Notes under the pieces: model-generated
Databases searched by the model: none
What the model saw: only the letters and a program-made list of their open reading frames with translations
Told to the model about the DNA's origin: nothing
Translations under genes and position numbers: made by a program
Part shown: one piece after another, positions 9,353 to 20,713 of the stretch
Numbering within the stretch: the first letter of the stretch is position 1
How the letters are laid out: each line of letters starts with the position of its first letter
Assembly (NCBI GenBank): GCA_030429765.1
Contig: JAUIER010000003.1
Span: 80,402-144,401, forward strand
Source: a bacterium
GTDB taxonomy: Bacteria; Omnitrophota; Gorgyraeia; Zapsychrales; Zapsychraceae
Length of the DNA stretch: 64,000 bases
Direction of reading: 5' to 3'

Positions 9353-10309
9353 ATGCTGGATAAAGCCAAAGAAGTGATCAAGATCGAAGCGCAGGCCCTC
9401 ACGCAATTCGCCAGGCGTCTGGATGATAACTTCATTCAGGCGGTGGACCTGATTGCCCGGTGCCGCGGGCGTGTGATCATTTCTGGAATGGGCAAAGCCG
9501 GTCTGGTGGGGAATAAAATTGCGGCCACGTTATCCTCAACGGGAACGCCGAGTATCTCGATGCATAGCGCCGACGCGGTGCATGGTGATTTGGGGCAGGT
9601 CACCCGGAAAGACATTCTGATACTGATCTCCAATAGCGGTGAAACGGACGAGACCAAGCGTTTGATCCCGCTCATCAAAAAGATTGGGTCCAAGATCATC
9701 GCCATGACGGGAAATCCCCAATCCAACCTGGCCAAGCACAGCGACATGGTCCTCAATGTCTCGGTCAAGAAAGAGGGATGTCCGCTTGGATTGGCGCCGA
9801 TGGCCTCGACCACGACGATGCTGGCCTGCGGTGATGCACTGGCCGCCTGCTTAATCGAACGCAAAGGCTTTCAGCAAAAAGATTTCGCCTTTTATCATCC
9901 GGCCGGTTCGCTGGGACGCAAGCTTCATATGCGGGTGGAGGATATTATGCGAAAGGACGATGATTTTCCCCGGGTGACAGCCGACACAACCGTCAAGAAT
10001 GTCCTGTTGGCGATTACCCGCAGCCGATGCGGATCGGCCTGTGTGCTTGATAGCCGCGGACGGTTTATCGGGATTTTTACCGATGGAGATCTGCGCCGTC
10101 ACATCGAAAGCGATCCGGATTTGTTGAATCGCGAGGTCAAGAAAGTCATGACCCGCAAGCCGATTACGATCAATAAAGATAAACTGGCCGTTGAGGCTCT
10201 CGAATTGCTCAACAGGCGTCAGATCGATGAAATTCCGGTGGTCAACGGCCAAAATCAGCTGGTCGGATTGCTGGACATTCAGGATCTGCTTAAGGTGGGT
10301 TTACTATGA
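9353..10309 (+). CDS. kdsD: Arabinose-5-phosphate isomerase (SIS domain plus tandem CBS domains)
   Basis: ...RVIISGMGKAGLVGNKIAATLSSTGTPS...ILISNSGETDE... followed by a CBS pair. Confidence 0.88.
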   Translation: MLDKAKEVIKIEAQALTQFARRLDDNFIQAVDLIARCRGRVIISGMGKAGLVGNKIAATLSSTGTPSISMHSADAVHGDLGQVTRKDILILISNSGETDETKRLIPLIKKIGSKIIAMTGNPQSNLAKHSDMVLNVSVKKEGCPLGLAPMASTTTMLACGDALAACLIERKGFQQKDFAFYHPAGSLGRKLHMRVEDIMRKDDDFPRVTADTTVKNVLLAITRSRCGSACVLDSRGRFIGIFTDGDLRRHIESDPDLLNREVKKVMTRKPITINKDKLAVEALELLNRRQIDEIPVVNGQNQLVGLLDIQDLLKVGLL

Positions 10310-10833
10310 ATAAATCGTTGAAAGATAAGGCCAAAAAGGTTAAACTGCTAGTTCTCGATGTGGATGGTATCCTTTCGGACGGGAAAATTATCGTCTCCGA
10401 CCAGGGGCATGAGATCAAGCATTTCAATGTCTACGACGGTTTCGGAATTGTCCTGTTCCAGCGACAGGGATTTAAAGTGGCCATCATTTCCGCAAGAGAA
10501 TCGGAAGCGGTGAAAGCTCGCGCCAAGGATCTGAAAATCAGCAGGGTCTATCTCAACGCACGTAACAAACTCAAGGTCTACCAGCGACTTGTCAAAAGCC
10601 TAAAGCTCAGCGACGAGGAAGTATGTTTTATGGGGGACGATTTGCCGGATCTCTCTGTCTTTCAGACAGTGGGCCTGGCGGTGACCGTCCCAAATGCCCG
10701 AGAGGAAATCCGGACGATTGCTCATCATGTTACCAAGACGGCCGGTGGCCAGGGAGCGGTTCGCGAGGTGGTAGAGATGATCCTCAAACACAAAGGGATG
10801 TGGGATTCCGTGGTGAAGGAGTATTCCGTATGA
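10306..10833 (+). CDS. kdsC: Kdo-8-phosphate phosphatase (HAD superfamily)
   Basis: ...VKLLVLDVDGILSDGKI...VYDGFGIVLFQRQGFKVAIISARESEAV...FMGDDLPDL... Confidence 0.88.
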   Translation: MNKSLKDKAKKVKLLVLDVDGILSDGKIIVSDQGHEIKHFNVYDGFGIVLFQRQGFKVAIISARESEAVKARAKDLKISRVYLNARNKLKVYQRLVKSLKLSDEEVCFMGDDLPDLSVFQTVGLAVTVPNAREEIRTIAHHVTKTAGGQGAVREVVEMILKHKGMWDSVVKEYSV

Positions 10834-11657
10834 ATGCACATAGATTTCTGATCGGTTTGATCGCGGTTTTGTTGTCGGCCGGACCAGTTCTGGCGGAGGA
10901 CAATGTGGAACAGCAGTTCCAGGGATTCAATCTTCAGGGGTATACCGACGAGGGCGACAAGGCCTGGGATGTCGAGGGTGATACGGCGGACATCAACGGT
11001 ACAGAAATTACCCTGACCAATGTTGTGGCCAACAGCTATGGCGACCGTCAGATGAACGTGACGGCCGAGATGGGCAAGGTTGATCAGGTCAATGGCCACA
11101 TGCAGCTCGAGAAAGATGTTGTGATCACCAGCGACGACGGGTCCAAACTGATGTCGGACTTTATTGAATGGGACAAAGAGAGCGATACCGTAAGTTCCAG
11201 CGAGGAAGTCTACATCAGGAGCGACGCGTTCAGCGCCACGGGAACAGGCATGAAGGCCCGGCCCGGACTCAAAAGCGCGCAGATCGATAAAGATGTGACC
11301 GTGCGAGTGGAAACCGAAGAGGATACGGAACGGACCAAACAACTGACGGTGAGTAGTGACGGACCGATGATCCTGGACCAGTTGCTGCTCAAGGCCCGGT
11401 TCGAGGTCAACGTTATCGCCGAACAGGACGGTCAAATCCTCAAAGCGGATGTGATCGAGATCTACTTCAAAGAAGGCATGAAGGAAGTTGAGGAAATGAT
11501 CTGTGTGGGCAATGTCGAGATCATTCAGGGCGAGAACAAGACGTATGCCGACAAGGCGACCTATGATGCCGAGGAGCAAAAGCTGGTATTGTCAGGCCGC
11601 CCCAAACTGATTCTGGAAACCGGAGGAGATAGTGGCATTACATCTCTTGGAAACTAA
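10830..11657 (+). CDS. lptA: Periplasmic LPS-transport OstA-like beta-jellyroll protein (LptA-like; unusually long, possibly covering the LptC role)
   Basis: Signal peptide MNAHRFLIGLIAVLLSAGPVLA. C-terminal ...NKTYADKATYDAEEQKLVLSGRPKL is LptA-like. ATG at 10830 overlaps the kdsC stop (ATGA). It lies in the canonical kdsD-kdsC-lptC-lptA-lptB position, but only one gene is present. Confidence 0.65.
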   Translation: MNAHRFLIGLIAVLLSAGPVLAEDNVEQQFQGFNLQGYTDEGDKAWDVEGDTADINGTEITLTNVVANSYGDRQMNVTAEMGKVDQVNGHMQLEKDVVITSDDGSKLMSDFIEWDKESDTVSSSEEVYIRSDAFSATGTGMKARPGLKSAQIDKDVTVRVETEEDTERTKQLTVSSDGPMILDQLLLKARFEVNVIAEQDGQILKADVIEIYFKEGMKEVEEMICVGNVEIIQGENKTYADKATYDAEEQKLVLSGRPKLILETGGDSGITSLGN

Positions 11658-12360
11658 GGGATTAGTCAAGTCCTATGGCGGTCGACGGGTCGTCGACGGC
11701 TTGAGTATATCGGTGGGGCGATCTGAGATCGTGGGTCTACTTGGACCCAACGGGGCCGGTAAAACAACCACCTTTTACATGGCGGTGGGCATTGTTCAGC
11801 CCAGTGAAGGTCAGATTCTATTTGATAACGAAGATATCACCAAGAAATCGATTCATCAGCGTTGCCGCCTGGGAATGGGATATCTAGCCCAGGAAGCGTC
11901 GATCTTCAGAAAAATGACCGTTGCGGAAAATATCATGGCGATTCTGGAAACGCTGAATATCAGCCCGCGCGAACGCAAAAAACGGCTGGAATCGTTATTG
12001 GAAGAATTGAACATCGCGCATCTGGCTAAAAGCAAGGCGTATACGTTGTCCGGTGGAGAACGGCGTCGCTTGGAGATCACACGGGCGTTGGTGACGAATC
12101 CATCCTTTTTGTTGTTGGACGAGCCGTTTTCCGGTATTGATCCGATTGTTGTGTCGGAAGCCCAAGAAATTATCAAGGAACTGCGAAATCGGGGGCTTGG
12201 TATTTTGCTAACGGATCACAATGTTCGCGAAACTTTATCGATTACGGACCGTGCGTATCTCGTCGCCGACGGCAACATTCTCAAAGCCGGAACGGCCGAT
12301 GATCTGATCAACGATCCTGAAGCCCGGAAGATCTATCTAGGTGAAAAATTTAAAATGTAA
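11632..12360 (+). CDS. lptB: LPS export ABC transporter ATP-binding protein
   Basis: ...LLGPNGAGKTTTFYM... (Walker A), LSGGERRRLEITRAL (ABC signature), LLLDEPFSGIDP (Walker B). Confidence 0.88.
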   Translation: MALHLLETKGLVKSYGGRRVVDGLSISVGRSEIVGLLGPNGAGKTTTFYMAVGIVQPSEGQILFDNEDITKKSIHQRCRLGMGYLAQEASIFRKMTVAENIMAILETLNISPRERKKRLESLLEELNIAHLAKSKAYTLSGGERRRLEITRALVTNPSFLLLDEPFSGIDPIVVSEAQEIIKELRNRGLGILLTDHNVRETLSITDRAYLVADGNILKAGTADDLINDPEARKIYLGEKFKM

Positions 12361-12403
12361 ATGAAACAGTAGTGTGCATCGTTAAGAGAGGAACTAAACC
12401 AAA

Positions 12404-13291
12404 ATGAAACTTGATGTAAAGAAAGTCAGCAGTGTCGCACGGGAATTAAAATTCGAAATCCCCAAAGAAACCGTTACACCGAAATTTGATGAAGTCTACA
12501 AGGATATGTCCAAGACCGTGAAGGTCAAGGGATTCCGTCCGGGAAAGGTCCCACGCAATGTTTTGGAAAACCATCACCGCAAAGAAGCCGAGCAGGAAGT
12601 GATTCGCAAGGTTATTTCGGAAGCCTATGACGAAGCGTTGAAAAAGGAAAATCTCACGCCGATTGACATGCCGGAAATCCATGATGTTGAACTCAAAGAT
12701 GGAATCGTCAAATTCACGGCCAAGCTTGAGATCAAGCCGGAGTTTGAAGTCAAGAAATACAAGGGAATCAAGGTCAAGCGAAAAGCATCTGAAGTTACTG
12801 ACGCCGAGATCAAAAAGACCATGGAGATGTTCAAGCAGGGTCAAGGTAAAGACGACAAGACCAAGATCGACGACGCGTTCGCCAAAGGATTGGGATATCC
12901 GTCACTGGATGAGTTTAAAAAATCTTTAGCTCGTCAGATGGAAATCGAAAAGGACCGTCAGAATAAAACGGATGTTGAGAATCAGATTGTGGAAGATTTG
13001 CTCAAAAAGACAAAATTTGATGTACCTGAATCATTGGTGGAGAAACAATTGCACCGTCGACTTCACGATTACGGTCAACAGCTGGAAAAACAGGGGTTGG
13101 CCAAAGAAGAAGTCAACAAGAAGATCGAGGAGTCCCGGGATGAGCTCAAAGAAGCCGTCCGCAAAGACATTCAGGTTTATCTGATCTTAGACAAGATTGC
13201 GGAAGTCGAAAAGATTGAGATCGGACAAGGGGAAAACCTTCCGGCAAAGGTTATCGAATTTTTGCTGAAGGAAGCCGATTGGCAATCTTAA
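12404..13291 (+). CDS. tig: Trigger factor lacking the central PPIase (FKBP) domain
   Basis: N-terminal ...VKGFRPGKVPRNVLE... is the ribosome-binding-domain signature. The protein is 295 aa versus about 430 for canonical trigger factor. The C-terminal domain follows the N-domain directly. It lies upstream of clpP as in the canonical tig-clpP arrangement. Confidence 0.75.
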   Translation: MKLDVKKVSSVARELKFEIPKETVTPKFDEVYKDMSKTVKVKGFRPGKVPRNVLENHHRKEAEQEVIRKVISEAYDEALKKENLTPIDMPEIHDVELKDGIVKFTAKLEIKPEFEVKKYKGIKVKRKASEVTDAEIKKTMEMFKQGQGKDDKTKIDDAFAKGLGYPSLDEFKKSLARQMEIEKDRQNKTDVENQIVEDLLKKTKFDVPESLVEKQLHRRLHDYGQQLEKQGLAKEEVNKKIEESRDELKEAVRKDIQVYLILDKIAEVEKIEIGQGENLPAKVIEFLLKEADWQS

Positions 13292-13328
13292 ATCAGTTTA
13301 ATCCCAAATCAGAAAGGGGATCAGTTCC

Positions 13329-13934
13329 ATGGACGCACAAAATTCCATCTTAGTACCAATGGTTATTGAAAAAACCGGACAAGGTGAACGCTCATACGAT
13401 ATCTACTCCCGTCTGCTCAAAGAACGAATCATCTTTATCGGTACCGCGATTGATGATAACGTCGCCAATCTGATCATTGCTCAGCTGCTGTTTTTGCAGA
13501 GTGAAGATCCGAAAAAAGATATCCATGTGTACGTGAACTCGCCGGGTGGATCAGTAACCGCCGGTCTTGGAATTTACGACACAATGCAGTTTGTCAAACC
13601 CGATGTCTGCACCTATTGTATGGGGCAGGCCGCCAGTATGGGATCTTTGCTGCTGACCGCCGGGGCAAAAGGCAAACGGTACGCGTTGCCGTATTCACGG
13701 ATTATGATCCATCAACCGTGGGGAGGCGCCCAGGGAACGGCCAGTGATATTCATATCCAGGCCAAAGAAATCTTGAGGATGAAGGAGGAGCTGACCAAAT
13801 TGTTGGCGGACCATTCCGGTCAGTCGTTTGAAAAGGTCGAACAGGATTGTGACCGCGACTATTTCATGAGCGCCCAGGAAGCCAAGGATTACGGGTTGGT
13901 TGACGAGGTGCTGACGGCAGCTCCAAAAACTTAA
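13329..13934 (+). CDS. clpP: ATP-dependent Clp protease proteolytic subunit
   Basis: ...[41 protein letters not shown]...IMIHQP... Confidence 0.93.
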   Translation: MDAQNSILVPMVIEKTGQGERSYDIYSRLLKERIIFIGTAIDDNVANLIIAQLLFLQSEDPKKDIHVYVNSPGGSVTAGLGIYDTMQFVKPDVCTYCMGQAASMGSLLLTAGAKGKRYALPYSRIMIHQPWGGAQGTASDIHIQAKEILRMKEELTKLLADHSGQSFEKVEQDCDRDYFMSAQEAKDYGLVDEVLTAAPKT

Positions 13935-13950
13935 TCTCAATTTATATACG

Positions 13951-13977
13951 GAAGTTTAAACTTCTGGAAAGGTTTTT
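13951..13977 (+). terminator. Weak candidate intrinsic terminator downstream of clpP
   Basis: Perfect palindrome GAAGTTTAAACTTC followed after a few nt by GGTTTTT. The stem is AT-rich, hence low confidence. Confidence 0.25.
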
Positions 13978-13990
13978 AAAGGTAAGAAAG

Positions 13991-15127
13991 ATGGACACCA
14001 TTTTGTTAACTCCGGGACCCACCATGATTCTTGATGAAGCCAGAGAGGCGCTGGGACGGCCGATCATTCATCACCGTACACCGCAGTTTCAGGCCAATAT
14101 CAAGGAAGTCATTGAAGGGTTACAGTACGTCTACCAAACCAAAAATGATATCTACCTGATGACATGCTCGGGAACAGGCGCGATGGAAGCGACGGTCTGT
14201 AATTTGCTGTCGCCGGGTGATGAGGCTATCACGGTGAATGGAGGTAAGTTCGGTGAGCGTTGGGCGGAACTCTGTGAAGCGTATGACGCCAAACCAACCG
14301 TCATTGACGTGGAATGGGGACAGGCTGTCGATCCGGAAAAAATCCGCGAGCATCTTAAGGCGAATCCAAAGATCAAGGCTGTATTTGTCACGTTAAACGA
14401 AACATCTACCGGCGTAGTGTCTGACATTGAGGCGATTGGTAAGGTGGTTGCCGAGACAGACGCGGTGATGATCGTGGACGCCGTCAGTGGCTTGGGTGTG
14501 GTTGATTGTCAAACCGATAAATGGAAGGCCGATATGGTTGTCTCGGGTTCGCATAAAGGATTTATGCTGCCGCCGGGACTGGCCTTTATTTCGGCGTCCG
14601 AAAAAGCCATCAAGTTGATTAACAGTTCGACCAATCGTCGATTTTATTTTGATCTTCGTAAGTCTAAAAAGGCCTTTGAAGCGACGGATACTCCGTTCAC
14701 ACCGGCGATTGGAATCGTTATCGGAATGGTGGAGAGTCTCCGCTGGATGCGTGAGAAAGGAATTGAAAATCTTTTCGCCCACTATGAGCGGCTGGCGAAG
14801 GGATGTCGCGCGGCGGCCAAGGCCTTGGACCTTAAATTGTTGGCCGATGAGTCATGCATTTCGAATGTCCTGACAGCGATCCATATTCCCGAAGGCGTCG
14901 ACGGCGGAAAATTGGTCAAGACCATGCGAGACACGCATGGTGTCACCTGCGCCGGCGGTCAAGGGCACCTAAAGGGTAAGATTATCCGTATCGCCCATAT
15001 GGGGATCGTAAATGAAGATCACATCATTCGATGTCTGGAAACGTTCGAGCTGGTATTGAAAGAAATGGGATATTCGTTTACAGACCAGGCCGGTGTCAAT
15101 GCGGCCAAAGCTGTCTTTAATTCATAA
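13991..15127 (+). CDS. Class V aminotransferase, probably phosphoserine aminotransferase of the SerC/AGXT type (adjacent to serA)
   Basis: ...LLTPGPT...MTCSGTGAMEA...DAVSGLG...SGSHKGFMLPPGLAF... (PLP-lysine SxHK region); serA is the next gene. Confidence 0.75.
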   Translation: MDTILLTPGPTMILDEAREALGRPIIHHRTPQFQANIKEVIEGLQYVYQTKNDIYLMTCSGTGAMEATVCNLLSPGDEAITVNGGKFGERWAELCEAYDAKPTVIDVEWGQAVDPEKIREHLKANPKIKAVFVTLNETSTGVVSDIEAIGKVVAETDAVMIVDAVSGLGVVDCQTDKWKADMVVSGSHKGFMLPPGLAFISASEKAIKLINSSTNRRFYFDLRKSKKAFEATDTPFTPAIGIVIGMVESLRWMREKGIENLFAHYERLAKGCRAAAKALDLKLLADESCISNVLTAIHIPEGVDGGKLVKTMRDTHGVTCAGGQGHLKGKIIRIAHMGIVNEDHIIRCLETFELVLKEMGYSFTDQAGVNAAKAVFNS

Positions 15128-15147
15128 ACAACGATGAGGATGGACCG

Positions 15148-16731
15148 ATGAAAATTCTAATTAGTGATAAACTCGCCGAAGAAGGCGTTAATATACTGAA
15201 GGCCGAGAAGGATTTCGAAGTTGATGTCAAGACAGGGATGAGTCCTGACGAATTGAAATCTGTGATTGGAGACTACCACGCGATTATCATCCGCTCGGCA
15301 ACCACATTGACAGGTGATGTCATCGAGGCGGCGGACAATCTCAAGGTGATCGGAAGGGCAGGGGTCGGGCTGGACAACGTGGATCTCAAAGCAGCCACCA
15401 AAAAAGGGGTGGTGGCCATGAACACGCCGGCCGGTAATACGACGTCGACGGCCGAACACACGATGAGTATGATCCTGGCTGTTTCAAGAAATATTCCCCA
15501 GGCGTATTCAGCGATGAAGGCCGGACGCTGGGATCGATCCAAGTTCGGCGGCGTTGAACTTTACGGCAAGACACTTGGTGTTATCGGACTAGGCCGGATT
15601 GGCGCTACCGTGGCCAAGTTCGCCAAGGCCTTCGGAATGGACATCATCGCGTATGATCCATACCTGTCCAACGAGGCCATGGCTCAGAAAAATATCGAGT
15701 CGGTCACACTCGAGGATCTGTACAAACGATCCGACTACATCACGATTCATATTCCCAAGACAAACGAAACCAAGAATTTAATCTCCACCAAGGAGATCGA
15801 GATGATGAAGCCGTCCGTGCTGCTGATCAATTGCGCGCGCGGCGGTATTATCGATGAAGCGGCATTGGCCGAAGCCCTAGAAAACAAGAAGATCAAGGGA
15901 TGCGCGCTGGATGTGTACGATTCTGAACCGCTTGATCCATCATCACCGTTACTCAAATACGATAATTGTGTGGTCACGCCGCATTTGGGCGCTTCGACAT
16001 CGGAAGCGCAGATCAATGTGGCCATCGAGATTGCCGAGACAGTTCGGGATGCCTTGTTGGGACGAGGTATCGTGAATGCCGCCAACTTCCCATCGGTCGA
16101 CGCGGAAAGTTACAAGACGCTTGAGCCGTATGTCAATCTTGGACAAAGCATGGGGCAATTTGCCGGCCAACTGATTCATGGTCGTATCAGTGAGGTCAAG
16201 ATCACTTACAGCGGAATCCTGACGCAGCATAAAACAGCGCCGGTGACATTGTCGATCATCAACGGTCTGCTGACGCCGATTCTGGGTGAAGGTGTGAACT
16301 ACATCAATGCGCTGGATATCGCCAAGGATCGGGCGATCGATGTTCAAGATGTCAAGTCAACCAAGGTGGATGAATTTGTCAACTGCATCAAACTGGATGT
16401 TAAGACCGACAAAGATCCGTTTTCAATGTTGGGAACACTTTCAAGCAATTTGCAGCCGCGTATTGTCAAGATCGGCAGCATTTATATGGAAGCCGTTCCC
16501 AAAGGTCACATGTTGTTTATTCAGAACAACGACAAGCCCGGATTGGTTGGCGCGGTGGGTACGATCCTGGCGCAGGACAATATCAACATCGCCGGTATTA
16601 CGTTGGGCCGGGAAGCTGAACGCAAGACGGCGATCAGTGTGGTCAACGTAGATAATGAGGTGACTGATAAGACGATTCAGAAGCTCAAGGATACGGCGGA
16701 CGTTTTGTATGTCAAATCACTAAAGGTGTAA
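15148..16731 (+). CDS. serA: D-3-phosphoglycerate dehydrogenase (with C-terminal ACT domain)
   Basis: ...LKVIGRAGVGLDNVDL...LGVIGLGRIGATVA... The 527-aa length fits the long form with ASB/ACT domains. Confidence 0.88.
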   Translation: MKILISDKLAEEGVNILKAEKDFEVDVKTGMSPDELKSVIGDYHAIIIRSATTLTGDVIEAADNLKVIGRAGVGLDNVDLKAATKKGVVAMNTPAGNTTSTAEHTMSMILAVSRNIPQAYSAMKAGRWDRSKFGGVELYGKTLGVIGLGRIGATVAKFAKAFGMDIIAYDPYLSNEAMAQKNIESVTLEDLYKRSDYITIHIPKTNETKNLISTKEIEMMKPSVLLINCARGGIIDEAALAEALENKKIKGCALDVYDSEPLDPSSPLLKYDNCVVTPHLGASTSEAQINVAIEIAETVRDALLGRGIVNAANFPSVDAESYKTLEPYVNLGQSMGQFAGQLIHGRISEVKITYSGILTQHKTAPVTLSIINGLLTPILGEGVNYINALDIAKDRAIDVQDVKSTKVDEFVNCIKLDVKTDKDPFSMLGTLSSNLQPRIVKIGSIYMEAVPKGHMLFIQNNDKPGLVGAVGTILAQDNINIAGITLGREAERKTAISVVNVDNEVTDKTIQKLKDTADVLYVKSLKV

Positions 16732-16736
16732 AACAC

Positions 16737-18814
<2,078 letters not shown>

Positions 18815-18855
18815 TGTTGTATCTTGTTGTGCCATAGGGGTTTGTTATAATTTTC

Positions 18856-18884
18856 TTGACTTTAAATTACACTCATGATAATGT
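18856..18884 (+). promoter_or_regulatory. Candidate sigma70-type promoter for the OmpA-like gene
   Basis: TTGACT (18856-18861), then a 15-17-nt spacer, then GATAAT/TAATGT. A TATAAT-like box also lies further upstream (18846-18851). Confidence 0.35.
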
Positions 18885-18908
18885 GGGTTACAGTCAAAGG
18901 AGGAAGGT

Positions 18909-19544
18909 ATGTGGAAGCCGTTAAAACGAAGTTTTTTGATCATAACTCTGTTAACGAGTGTCGTTTCCTTAAGCGGTTGCACACTTATTTTCCAAAAAGG
19001 ACGTCGCGTTGATGTCGATAAAATTTCTACGCTGAAGAATGATCTTGCCGCGCTCGAGCGTGAAAAGTCAAACCTCGAAAAGGCCCAGGAACAGCTGCAG
19101 GGCCGTCTGAAAAACGAAATCAAAGATAGTGAAGTCAAGGTTGAAATGCTGGAACGTGGTCTGGTGATCACATTCGTGGCTGAAGTTCTATTTGACTCGG
19201 GTAAAGCCGAACTCAGACAGGGCACTCGGGAAAAACTCGATAAAGTCGCCCGTGTTTTGAACACCACCGTTAAAGATTTGAATGTCGGGATCGAAGGTCA
19301 CACCGACAATGTGCCCATCAAGCATTCCGGATGGAAATCCAACTGGGAACTTTCTACCGCGCGGGCGTTAAGTGTACTGCATAAAATGGTTAATGAACAT
19401 GGGGTGGATCCAACCCGGCTGTCGGCCACAGGATTTGGTGAATACAAACCGGTTGCCGGCAACGATACAGATGCCGGTCGGCAAAAGAACCGTCGGGTTG
19501 AAATTGTGATTCTGCCGGAAACCACCAAAGAAGGTCGGAAGTAA
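18909..19544 (+). CDS. OmpA/MotB C-terminal-domain lipoprotein (peptidoglycan-associated)
   Basis: Lipobox ...VSLSGC; ...GHTDNVP...NWELSTARALSV...NRRVEIVIL is the OmpA_C-like signature. Strong GGAGGAAGG RBS. Confidence 0.8.
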   Translation: MWKPLKRSFLIITLLTSVVSLSGCTLIFQKGRRVDVDKISTLKNDLAALEREKSNLEKAQEQLQGRLKNEIKDSEVKVEMLERGLVITFVAEVLFDSGKAELRQGTREKLDKVARVLNTTVKDLNVGIEGHTDNVPIKHSGWKSNWELSTARALSVLHKMVNEHGVDPTRLSATGFGEYKPVAGNDTDAGRQKNRRVEIVILPETTKEGRK

Positions 19545-19550
19545 GCAGCA

Positions 19551-19895
19551 ATGCGAATTTTCATTATGGTATTGGCCATCGTCCTCGCCGCGGCGGGCGG
19601 CGGATTGGCGTACCGTTACTACCAACAAGCTGCCGTGTCGGTGGGTGAGTTAGAAGAAGAGCGTTACAAACGCATGGTCGCTGAGGAAGACTACGAAAAA
19701 CAGCGCCAGAAGGCCAAAAGCCTGGAAAGCAAGCTCAAGAAATCAGAACAGCGCGTCACAAATCTGGAAAACAAAGTCGAAAAGATTTCAGCCATCAATG
19801 ATGACATGAAATTACGTCTTGAGAAGTCAGCCCAGATTCAGAAGCAGCTTGAGCAAAAAATCATTGAGTTCGAGGCATCATCTCCACAAATCTAG
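19551..19895 (+). CDS. Small membrane-anchored coiled-coil protein (hypothetical)
   Basis: N-terminal TM MRIFIMVLAIVLAAAGGGLAY followed by a charged, heptad-like K/E-rich region. Confidence 0.5.
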   Translation: MRIFIMVLAIVLAAAGGGLAYRYYQQAAVSVGELEEERYKRMVAEEDYEKQRQKAKSLESKLKKSEQRVTNLENKVEKISAINDDMKLRLEKSAQIQKQLEQKIIEFEASSPQI

Positions 19896-19925
19896 GGGAT
19901 GATCAATAGGGACAACAGTCGAACT

Positions 19926-19952
19926 TTTATATGATGGGGGATGAAAATCCCC
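19926..19952 (+). terminator. Rho-independent terminator
   Basis: GGGGGA-tgaaaa-TCCCCC stem-loop followed by ATTTTATTT. It lies between the coiled-coil gene and the real uppS start. Confidence 0.6.
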
Positions 19953-19972
19953 CATTTTATTTGTCAGATACC

Positions 19973-20713
19973 ATGAACAAAGATATTGATAAAGGTAAAA
20001 TTCCACAGCATGTCGCCATCATCATGGACGGCAACGGCCGCTGGGCGCAGCAACAGAATCTCTCGCGGACACAGGGGCATATCGCCGGGGTCAAGCGGGT
20101 CGAAGACATTATTGACTATGCGCAGGAGATCGGTATCAAAGTTTTGACACTCTATACGTTCTCATCGGAAAATTGGAACCGCCCGACCAATGAAGTGTCA
20201 ACGATCATGAATATCGTCACGGCCGTGCTTAACAGAAAGACCAAAAAGCTCAAAGGCGATAATATGCGCTTTGGTATGATCGGACGCGAAGACGGGCTGC
20301 CTGAATCGGCCTTGAACGCCATCAAGATGGTCATCAATGAGACCAGCAAGAATACCGGGTTGCTGATCAATCTGGCCTTTAACTACGGGGCCCGGCAGGA
20401 GATCCTCGACGCCATAAAGTCAATTTCCCAATCAGTTAAGGATGGTAAGCTCACGACGGATGATATTACCGAAGAGTTGTTCAGCCGGTCGCTATACACC
20501 AAGGACTTACCGGATCCTGATTTGCTGATTCGGACGTCCGGTGAAAAGCGGATCAGTAATTTTCTTTTGTGGCAATTATCGTATGCGGAGTTCTATTTTA
20601 CAGAGAAATTTTGGCCGGACTTTGATATTGCTGAATTCGAGAACGCACTGATGGATTATCAAAACCGGCAGCGAAGATTTGGTAACTTAATCTCTCAATC
20701 CCTGAATGAATAA
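19973..20713 (+). CDS. uppS: Undecaprenyl-diphosphate synthase (cis-prenyltransferase)
   Basis: ...HVAIIMDGNGRWA... and the ...ERISNFLLWQ...YAEFYF... motifs. Start moved to the ATG at 19973 because the ORF-track start (19931) would place the upstream terminator hairpin inside the gene. Confidence 0.88.
   Translation: MNKDIDKGKIPQHVAIIMDGNGRWAQQQNLSRTQGHIAGVKRVEDIIDYAQEIGIKVLTLYTFSSENWNRPTNEVSTIMNIVTAVLNRKTKKLKGDNMRFGMIGREDGLPESALNAIKMVINETSKNTGLLINLAFNYGARQEILDAIKSISQSVKDGKLTTDDITEELFSRSLYTKDLPDPDLLIRTSGEKRISNFLLWQLSYAEFYFTEKFWPDFDIAEFENALMDYQNRQRRFGNLISQSLNE

Noticed and set aside
10725-11579. 284-aa minus-strand ORF (and many others, e.g. 34317..35015, 41291..41929, 53122..53769, 58774..59358, 1567..2055)
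   Set aside because: All lie entirely inside well-supported + strand genes with clear family motifs and show no motifs of their own. They are typical antisense shadow ORFs in GC-moderate DNA.
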